This document shows, one piece after another, positions 25,701 through 35,850 of a DNA stretch of 64,000 bases (position 1 is its first letter; the number at the start of each line of letters is the position of its first letter). The stretch comes from Takakia lepidozioides. Lineage: Eukaryota > Plantae > Bryophyta. Both the position numbers and the translations under genes were made by a program. Below the pieces are notes generated by a model, which searched no databases, was not told the origin of the DNA, and saw nothing but the letters and a program-made list of their open reading frames with translations. The stretch spans positions 23,746,001-23,810,000 of the forward strand of contig CM060732.1 in assembly GCA_030704615.1 (NCBI GenBank), given 5' to 3'.

Positions 25701-27300
25701 CAGGATGACAGGCTGCTCGTTGGGAGTCTGCTCCGTTGGAGTCTGCTGGATGACGGCCTGTTGAATGGGAGTCTGCTGGATGGCAGACTCGGCTGTCCCA
25801 GACGCATTCCCCCCCCGACACGTCTTGAATATGTAATGCCGCTATAGCAGCAGATGACCCAGGATATTTCAATAATATGTACTCTCGCACGCGGTCCATT
25901 TCCACACGCACTGCAGTCACTTGTAAAGGAGCATCATTGCTAGGTATCCGCCAAGCCTGAATGGCCCTACAAATAGAAACACGTTCATCATGGTACACGG
26001 CAGAGAACTTGGACGTCAGGAACATGGACGTGGACTCTATATTCACCTTATGCAGCGGACTGGACTCACAGACCAGCAGACTGATAGACGTAACGTGCGT
26101 ACATAGGGTGGAGGCAACTAGTAGACTGTACCAGTGGACTGGACCAGCGGACTGACAAATAGACTCAGTAAGTAATGCAGCGATATAAAACAAACTAACT
26201 GACGAGCGGAGTGAGCCAGCGGACTGAGGAGAGAACGCAGCGGACTGACCAGACTGAATAGGCAACATGACCCCGATGATGGACTCAAACAGCACAGAGA
26301 ACAGATTGGGCGGTCAGACTGACCATTACCTCCTCTACTTCATCATCGTCATCTTCATCTTCAAAACTGTTCAACCAGTTCTGTTCCGCCTGTCGGATGA
26401 ATGTGCGTAGCAGACCTGACTGGGCAACTCTGTAGAAATAACGGAAGAAGTCTGGATCCCCAATTGGTAGGCACTCTGGTGGGAAAAGCCCAAAGTCAAC
26501 AAGGCACAATGTGCTAGGGCAGACTGGCCCTTCAGTGCTCTGTTGAGTTTTTGGTTTTGACCCTAAACTGATGGCATGGGTCGCGATATTTGTATGAGTC
26601 TGCTGCCGAGTCTGGTCAGGCAAGTCAATGTCCACTGGACTTGTCACCCTTCCAGGCCCTGAGCAGATTCACTTTCAGTATCAGTACTGATGGTGTGGGT
26701 CTGCCGCCCAGGACGGGGTTCAGTCTGTTGTGTGGATTTTGCCCTTGCCTCGCGAGCAGACCTTGCAGCCTTCTCCTTTTTTTGCCTCTCCTTTTTTTGG
26801 GCCCCATCACTCAGTTTACGTTTTTTGGCAGCGTCCGGCGTTCCCTGCACTTGCAAATCCTCCATTGACGGGCCACCAAAATGGACGCCATACCGTGCGC
26901 GCACTTCGTCTAATTCCAAAGTGCGGGGGTCAAGCACTGATCCGCGCAAGCGCATTGTGGCCTCTTTGACAATCGACATTTCTTTCAGTATCGGCCAAGG
27001 CTTGAAATCCCGTGGAATCATTGCAACAGTCTCCTTGCAACTCGTGTCAACACAATGCCGATTTAGTTGGATTTTGTCCTTGATAACCTCTTCACAGAAG
27101 GGACAGAAGAGCTTGTCCTTCTGCCAGTTCGAGTTTTTGGGCTTCCGGGCGCGGAGGTCTACAAATACTTCCCACTATTTTATGATCAAACTTGTCTGGT
27201 GAGTACCAGTACCTTCGCTCCTTCTTCAGTCTGGTTTGGTGCACAAAATCCACCCAGTCCGCTCCACCCTTTTCACAAGCATCCTCCATCGCTGTAGAAT
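22786..27300 (-). CDS. MULE accessory gene(s) of unknown function, multi-exon, including a Gln/Thr-rich repeat (QQTVQQTDESS) region
   Basis: Co-oriented protein-like ORFs at 27289-26644, 26647-26285, 26295-25618, 25509-24808 and 24750-23755. Tandem 48-bp coding repeats at ~24290-24520. Exon structure not resolved. Confidence 0.5.
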
Positions 27301-29030
27301 GAAACGAGGGTGCAAGGACAATGAGCGCCAGATAGAAGTCCTATGAAAAGACTCACCCTAAGCAAGAAGAGGACACAGAATGGAATGGAAACACCACAAC
27401 AAGTGAGAACCTCACTGAGCCGATGAACTTCGAGTTGTTACGAAGGCGAGCGTGTTTGCGACGCTTCGCGGCTCACCGCGACTCTCCACACCTGGGGAAG
27501 AACGGCCGTCTTTCGTTACGGTGATGGAAACGCAAAGAGGAAAACAAAACAGTGCAAAGAAACAGGCGCGAAGAAAATGGAGTCGATCGCACAGGGAACA
27601 TGAGAAGAAAGTAGAAGTAGAAGGGGGAAAGCGGGCATGGCACTGCCAACGTGGCGCGATTTCACAGGCGCCAACTATCCGCCGTCATCGCATTGAATAC
27701 GTCAACCGAACGAACGCATCGTACTAAATTCATCCACGGTCCTCGCAAGTGCAGCAGACTCATTTCCCATCGGGCCGAGAGTCCACCGGACCGCCAGTCC
27801 AGCGGACTATTCGCTTTGCTGAGGCAAAGCGGCTTCATATTGGAGGCACTTCCTTGCCAGCGGAATGAAGACAAAAGAGAGTAAGGGCAGAACAGGAAAG
27901 TTGAACACACCCATTGCAAACAGACTCGCGGCACAACAGACTGATGCATGCACAGTCCAACAGACTGATATCCATAGAGGAGAACTGTCCAGCAGACGGA
28001 CGTTTCGCCATACTGGCGGGAGAACAAGCCAAAAGGCTGACTAGGGGGAAAATAAGACGTCAAATAGACTTAGTGCAACAGACTTTCGACACAACAGACT
28101 GACAAATTCACAAGTGCGACAGATTGATATCCCAACAGACGGACTTCCAGCAGACCGCCTCCAAACTGACTGTTATGCACGCGATAAGGGGAATATCCGG
28201 AGCACTGACGGGCCAGCGGACCCACTGTGAACAGACTCGTGACACAACGGACCTCAAACATCCACGCGCATTTGCAGATGTAATTGTCTCAGCCTGGTCC
28301 GTCTCCTGACAAATGTGACAATGTACCGATTCTGCACCTACTCCCGTCGTGGCTCAGACATCTGCATTCAGTAGGTGCGTGTGGATGTTTGAGGACCTTA
28401 CGACTGGATGGTGTTCCGTGACGACTCGAATTGCTTTTTTGTACTGCCATCCCTTATATAATACCATGTGGATCCATCACAAAGCTGGGTTTCTTCAGAT
28501 TCTCCACCCTTTTCCACAACTTATGCATGACGGATGCAAGCCGCTATACTTGGTCACATAAACAGTCCCATCGTCCGATACGAAATCTGCAATACACGCC
28601 CCCATGTGCATACACTTCCGCCATTTTCGCGTCCATGTTACCCATGGGTTCCTTTAACGAACTAAACTTGTGAAGGCTCTCATGAGGGATGCAGTACGAA
28701 GGGGCTAAACGTATCATGACGGATCACAAGCAGAGGACGTTATCGACGACAGATGTCCGCATTTTCCATATTTATGACATAGAACCAAACCATAAAACGA
28801 AGGTTCCCGAAAGCACAACAAGAAGGCAAAAATAGTGGAAGCATATGCATGATGGTGGCTGTAGTGCTGAGACAGTCCTCTCATGTTCAAGCACACGCTT
28901 TATCATCATCATGAACATCGCGTGCAAAAGAGGAACAATCGCGTGCATGGAAATGCCTACCGCAACATCGGACAACAAACAGCCGTCAAAAGAGAGCGGT
29001 CGGGATTTGGTGGGAAGATCATTGCCATTT

Positions 29031-29439
29031 TTGCAGCCCTAAAAATGAAGGGCTCGGATGGGTTATGGGAATGGACGGTGGCGATCCTGCGCCGTCAGTG
29101 GACTGGATGGCAGGGGACTGGCCAGCAGACTGGCGGGCAGACTGACGGACTGGCAGACTGCTGGGCACCGGACTGGCGAGCAGACTGGCGGACTGGCAGA
29201 CTGCTGGGCAGCAGACTGGCCAGCAGCGGACTGGCAGACTGGAGGGCAGCGGACTCATGGGTGGGGGACTGGCCGCGCGGCGGACGGGGGCGCGGGCGCG
29301 GTTACTGCAGCCGCGCCCGCGGCTGGGCGACCGCGCGCAGCGGCGGGCGGGGTGCTGGGGAGCCGGGCGTCCGTGCGTGGGGCCCACCGGCCACATCGCA
29401 CGTGCCCATTGAAGACCCTATTATCTTAAAATGAGAGGC
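29031..29439 (-). repeat. right TIR of the MULE (~410 bp)
   Basis: Inverse of 17017-17314, with extra GC-rich and CAGACTGG subrepeat blocks. Confidence 0.9.
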
Positions 29440-29512
29440 ATTAAGAATAGGGAAATGTAGGAAACTCTCCACAAGGTATTACGGTCCGATTATGAGGTGA
29501 CTGTATCAAATT

Positions 29513-29945
29513 GGCTCTCATTTTAAGATAATAGCATCTTCAATGCGCCTCTGGGCCCGCCCGTACTGCCCATGGGTCAACTCTCGTAAGACCAGCTCCC
29601 ATCCACCGGGTCCGCCGAAGGGTCCATTGGATAGTCTATTCTATTCTGGAGAGTGTGCTAGAGGGTTCACGGACTCGGATAGTGTCCACTCTATAGTCTA
29701 GTCCACTGGAGGGTCGACTCTACGTGTAGAGTGGACTGTGAGTCCACTTGTAGAGTCCGCTGGAGGGTCGACTCTACGTGCAGAGTGGACTGTGAGTCCA
29801 CTTGTAGAGTCCGCTGGAGGGTCTGTCCAGTCCGTTAGAAGGTGAGTCCACTCTGCAGTCTAGTCCGCTGGATGGTCCACTCTACGTGCACAGTGGACTG
29901 TGAGTCCGCTAAAGGGTCTGCGTCCATTCAAAGGTCCGCCGCCAC
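29513..29945 (+). mobile_element. truncated end of a second, related MULE
   Basis: GGCTCTCATTTTAAGATAATAGCATCTTCAATG matches the terminus at 17017. Followed by AGTCC(A/G)CT subrepeats and tandem ~54-bp units; no partner TIR found. Confidence 0.7.
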
Positions 29946-30374
29946 ATAAGAATAAGGACTTAGAAAGAAAGAACCAATATACAAAATATCAATATATGAA
30001 GGAAGCCGGTTTGTTTGTTTTGTTTTGTTTTGTTTTGTCTTGTAGCGTCGTTGAGATCTCCCAAACCATGGGGGCCCAGCCCCGGTGCTTGGTGCCGTTG
30101 GAAAGCCCTCGATGAGGAGGGGTGCACCGGCTTGGTCTCATGATTTTTGGACCAGCGGTGCGGGAGATGTGGAATTCCAAGTACTTTGGGTCGCTGGAAA
30201 TTCACGAAAAATAGCAAAGTGACCTTTCCTGGAGCAAATGATTGGCCCTTCATGTGGAGATTTGGAATTTCAAGTGCTTTTGGTGGCTGGAAATTCATGA
30301 AAAATATCAAAGTTGATATATCAATATATGTAGCCTCGACAGGGGAGATTGCAAAAATAGCAAAGTGGGCTTTG

Positions 30375-30950
30375 GGATTGCACTTGGACTTAGGTGACAT
30401 TTGACACTAGAGGTCGCACTTGGGCCTCTACATGAGAGATGCATATGGATACATAAGAGATTGTACTTGGGCTTAGATTTCAATTCTTCACACATGGGCC
30501 AATGGCACAAGCTACCCTAGATCTCCCAAACAGTGGGGTCTTTGGATACTTAGGGGATTGCACTTGGACATAGATGACAATGGACACTTGGGCCTCTACA
30601 CGAGAGATGCACTTGGATACATAGGGGATTGTATCTGGACTTAGATGACATTGGACACTCGAGGTCGCACTTGGGTCTCTACATGGGAGAAGCACTTGGA
30701 TACATAGGAGATTACACTTGGGCTTAAATTTCAATTCTTCACACATGGGCCAATGGCATAGGCTACCCTAGGCCTAGATCTCCCAAACACTAGGGACTCT
30801 GGATACATAGGGGATTGCACTTGGACTTAGATGACACTGAAAACTTGGGCCTCTACATGGGAGATGCACTTGGATACATGAATAGACGATTGCACTTGGG
30901 CTTAGATGGGGAGACACACTTGGATACATAGGACATACTTGGATACTTCT
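30375..30950. repeat. complex tandem repeat (~250-bp period built from GCACTTGGATACATAGG subunits), probably TE subterminal DNA
   Basis: CAATTCTTCACACATGGGCCAATGGCA recurs at 30481 and ~30732; many CACTTGG subunits. Confidence 0.7.
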
Positions 30951-33219
30951 CCCATTACTTAAAAAAAAATTAATGAGAGGGGACAAAGGCCCTGTTAAAG
31001 CAAGGAAAATTTAACCTTGCGGGAGCTGTGAAGGCGAGTACATAGGAGATACCACCCCGAGTCCGACACCACGAGAACGAGATAAACACTGCTCGTTGAT
31101 AAGGGAAATGTAAAGGGACTACGAAGAAGGGAACTACAACACAAAAGTCCCAAAAGGCCTAAGGCCTAAGGCCCGAGCGTGCGAAGAGGGGGGAGTGGAC
31201 TCCGCATAGATTTAAGAAACTCGCGCGACTTCCTATGTCCCCAGTTGACATCAGAATCTTCATTAGCCACCAGTCGGCTTCCAAACTTCGGACAACCTAA
31301 CTATAAGAGGGGGACCTAAAGTGCTCAATGCACTATAATTGATTTTACACATTGTTGTGATAAAGTTGGCACTTGGATTCCATTGACAGCCCCTCTCAAC
31401 ACTCTAGCTGGCTTTTGGACCACAATCATGCACTTCCTACAAAGATTGACTCCCCCTAATAGTTTGTGGAGAAATACATCTTAAATGTAAGAGGATCTTA
31501 TTTACGGTGGCTTGGGCCAGAGTCTTGTTTATCAAAGTCCCCTTCTCGTACATGCGCAATCCCAATCCAACAACTTGGTGTGAGCATGTCGCATTTGTTG
31601 TATACGAATCAAGATGCCCACCTTCCCAATGGCAAATACCCCTCTTAGCTCCGCCCTTTTTTTCAAAAGAAAGAAAAAAAGCCCCCCTTGCTTAGTGAAA
31701 TGACAGCATAATTTGGGGTTGATTATGAAGGGAAAAGGACGAGGCTGAGGTCAAGGTTGAAATCAAACAAAAAAGAGCAACAAGAAGGCAAAGTAGTCAG
31801 CAAAGGAAAACAGCTCATAGTAACTCAAGTGTGAGTCTTTCCTCACCAAAACTCAGTGGAAGAAGTGGGCACGTTGGATCCCAAGTTGAAAGGAAGGGCC
31901 CATTGAAGTGACAGAACGAGGTAATGATGGAGATGGAGTGTTGTGAAGGCCATCTGCATTGGCCAATGCGTGCACGCCAACCTGCTTGCTTCAGTTACCA
32001 TGCCTCAACTTCTCCACAGATAACCATAAAACGGTTTGAGCTTCTAGTTTAGGTATATAGCTTGCGGGAGTCATTCAGATCTGGCAGATGGTTTTGCTAC
32101 AATTTTCTCAGAATGTGCTCATGCCCGGCTTTCTTCTGCCTAACCTTGGGGTTGATCTCTGCTAATGAGATGTCCTGCTTCTACCTACCTGGGCGGAGAT
32201 CTCGATTGCTTGTGATGTGTACGAAAGATTCTGTCACAGCTGTCCTTTTGTGTTCATCTTGAACTGTTCTCTTGGCTATGTTGCTTGCTGTTTCCTGGAT
32301 TTCTTGGAGTGACTTAAAGCAGCAATTGATATTCTTCTTTTCAGAATGTGTTGAGGGGTTATTGCGATCGGCGCTTAGAAGGACTGAATCTGTGCTTTCA
32401 GCCTGGATTTGCAATTTCCTCTCGTGACCCTTAACGCGATCCGGCCCTGCAATCTGGAGTGTTGTTGCTTCTAGTGTCTTCTCCGTAAATATGCAGTACA
32501 TTGTAGAGATTGCTCTGGCAACTTAGTTCCAGTCCGATTTGGTGTCTCAGGGTGAATGCCGGGGCAGTCAAACATTGACAGCACCCTCGGGAATCAAATA
32601 GTGACATGAATCCATTTCATCGCAGCCTCCTTCATGGTAAGATTCCAGATCTGTAGGTTACCACATCATCTTCGAAAATTTTCTGTACATATTCGCTTTC
32701 CTTGTGTTTTCGTGCCTTCTTTGTCCTTATTGTACATCGCAATGGACATGACGGGTTGAGGGTGCCGGTGGCTATAATCATAGCTCATTAAACCCACATA
32801 TCTGCGAGGCGTTATGTCCAGTAATTGGAGAACATCCTCAACGATTACGAGCTCGTGACACATGCGAACGAGGATGTTATGTTCAGGGGTGCGGTGGAAG
32901 TGCCTCGAATTTAGAAGCAACACTTGAATTGTAAGAACGACGTGTCTCAAGTCAGGATCTTAGTCAAAACCATCAGAATACTGGTACATTGATTTCTCTA
33001 CACAGATTTGGGAACCGCCGATAGCACCTTCTCTTCTGTCCCTCACCCCTTTCCTTCGTCTAGATCAGTAGTCCTCCAAGCAACCTCCTCTCCCTCGAAC
33101 ACTCACGTGCATGCTGTCAATTTGTCCACATTATGAAAGCTGAATTGTCCGTGTGGCGAGGGTCATTGTCAACATAGGGCTCGCCAAGTATATCCCGAGT
33201 TCCGAAGTCAACTGTATTC

Positions 33220-34720
33220 GCTCCAAGTGTTTGATAAAACGCCTCTGTCATCGCGTTCCATGAGACCACATCTCGATATGTATTCCATCAAGGACAAGCT
33301 GAGGATTGTAGCATTTGCCAGAAAAGGCATGAAACTTGACAAGTTGACTTTTATGTTGAGTATCTCACTGCATGCTCCATGCTCCAGTCCAGCAGCTTTG
33401 GACCTGACAAAGGCACTGCTTTCGCCTATGATGAAAAATGGCTCTGAGTACAGGGAGCAGCTGGCATGGCAAGAGCGGGTGTACGGAGTTTGCACTGCAT
33501 TGGGAGTCTGAAATGTGGTCTTGAGCCATGAGACTCTTGCAGGATTTTCTCAAGAACCATGATGAAATCGGCAAATGCTGTGAGAAGGGGAGATTCCAAC
33601 AACCTCACCTTCCATGGCATGCTCACTCTTAGAACTTTAGAACAGAGCAAACAGTCCTATGCTAGATCGTTAGACCTGAAGTTGTCAGCCATCCACGGAC
33701 CTGTGCCAAGTGTGGAATGCAGTTCTTCAAAATACAAATCGAGATGTGGTCTCATGAAATGTGATGATTGCTGGATGTGCTCCGGAAGTTGAAGGGGCCC
33801 ACAAGTCAGTGAAGAATTGCAACAACAGTAGGCATGAAGCCAAACAAGGTCACCGTCAGTGGTATCCTCAAAGCAGGTGCCAACCCAGAGACTCTTAACA
33901 GGGAAAGCCTTGCATGTTCTCATCATGATATGGGTCGGATGTCCATGTTGGAACTGCCCTTGTCAGCATGTACGCCTAATGTGAGATTCTGCCTGCCAAT
34001 AGTTTAACCAAATGCCTAGCCAGAATCTTGCTCCATCTATTACAATGATTGCAGGATGTGCTCAACAAGACACAGTGAAGATGCAGTTGAAGTGTGTTTT
34101 GCAAATGTACTGAGAAGGTGTGAAGCCAGACGAGGTCGCACTCTCAATTCCTACAACCTAGCAGCTCCAGAACTATGTCCCCACCAATAAAGCTGGATGC
34201 TTGCCACCTGTTTTGACAAATTACATCAACAAGATGTCTCATGGACTCAATGATTCCACCATACTGTCTGCAAGGTACACAGAAGAGGTGTAAAAACTCT
34301 TTGGAATTGCAACAAGAAGAAGGTTTGAAGCCTGACCAGGTCACTTTCCCTAGCATCCCTAGTGCAAGCACCAGCCTGGCAGCCCCGGGAGTTTGCAAGT
34401 CTGTCCATACCCACATTATCAGAGTTGACATTTAGTTGTCTCGCTGGGGGCCATAGGCCATACTATTGTGTGCCATTTGTACGAATACATTGCAAAGGTT
34501 TGACAGAGCGTCTTGAGATGTCTTCTTGCAGACTGCGAATGGTTGCATATGCTCAGCATTGGTGTGGTAAGAAAGCCCTCCAAAGTTTTGGAAGAGATGT
34601 TATGGGAAGGGGTGAAACCAAATGAGTTGTCCATTGGTGTCCTCTCTGCATGAAGCCATGCAGGCCCAATGGATGAAAGCTGTCACTTGTTCCAATACAT
34701 GACTATGAAATCATGGCAGT
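33220..34720 (+). pseudogene. decayed PLS-class PPR gene
   Basis: Fragments KLDKLTF..CSSPAAL, DVHVGTALVSMYA*C, EGVKPDEV, EGLKPDQVTFPSI, AYAQH..KKAL, GVKPNE, VLSA*SHAG. Many frameshifts. Confidence 0.75.
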
Positions 34721-35850
34721 AATGGAACTGACTGGGAAGCAGTATGGCTGGACTCTACGAACTCCATGACTTCTTCATCCAGAGGCTCCCCTCGAATCTG
34801 AGTCAAGACTAGACCATGTGATCAACGGATAATAATTGTGAGGCTACCGACGGGGGATTCCACAATCTCCCTGGACTTTCTGAAGTACCAAGGTTCTCCA
34901 AATCTTTAGTAGATGCATTTTTGTTGATAGAGAGATAACAATGAACACTCAGTAATTGTACTAATGTGGATGGTTCTCTCTCTGTGGGGTAACATTGTTC
35001 TAACACTGGAATTTTGAGGGTTCTGATTCATTTAGTATTGAAGTCTACAAGATGGTGCCAAATCAGACCTGTCCTTTTCTTGAAAGGTGTTTGCCATTTT
35101 TCCAGAAGTTTTTTGCAGTTCACCGCTTTGGTGTGTGGTTTTAAATGTCTCTGCAGTGGGAAATATGGCTTGGATATCAATTCTGCCTGTCCAAACCATT
35201 TATTCTGGTACAAAATACAACCTTCCCTTTTCATGGAAGCTATTGCCATACACTTTGTCTGGAGCAGCATTACTCCATTGTGCAGCCTTGCCAGGCCTGT
35301 GTCTCTATGAACATGTCCTAAGGTGGCGTTCTCTCACCTTGAACCCTAAATTGCAAAAACATTTCTTCCTGCATTCAACAGTTTCAGGGGGGATGGTTTG
35401 ACTTTGATGTTACAGTTGGTCCCGTTGTGTGAAAGTAGTCTTAACATGATTTTGGCGTGCAGGAAGCCTTCAACTTAAGAGAACATTTTAACATGGATGA
35501 GAAGAAATATCGGAGGTTCATGCCCAATCAAAGTGGTTGACATGAAGTAGGTGTGAAGTCATCTTGGTTGGCAAGTCAAAGGAAATTCCCATCACGCCCG
35601 TGCGCAGCTATCAACAGTTCCAGGAATGAGCGTCAGCAATTCATGTGCTGGCACTGACATCACCCTAGGAAATATGAGATAGATTCTTGCACTGCAGCTC
35701 TGGTCCTCTTGTTGCACATGTAATAAATGTCTTTTGCATGCCAATCTCACTGTAGAAACAGAAACGGCATATAGCAAACAGGTGAGAGGTGGGCTCCTGC
35801 TCAAAATTACAGACAGAGAAGGCCCCAGCTAAAGTTACCAGTAGCTTGCA

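Larger units (their letters stand above)
17017..29439. mobile_element. complete Mutator-like element (MULE), 12.4 kb, with long TIRs
   Basis: Starts GCCTCTCATTTTAAGATAATAGGGTCTTCAATGGGCACGTGCGATGTGGCCGG and ends with the exact inverse. Perfect 9-bp TSD ATTAAGAAT at 17008-17016 and 29440-29448. Contains a SWIM-type transposase. Confidence 0.95.

Noticed and set aside
28660-28770. Histone-fold-like peptide (KLVKALMRDAV / YEGAKRIMTDHKQRTLSTTDV) inside the MULE
   Set aside because: It needs a frameshift, is very short, and nearby minus-strand sequence looks equally coding; probably chance.
32760-32910. Hemerythrin-like exon (LNDYELVTHANEDVMF)
   Set aside because: Stops in frame and only vague similarity.
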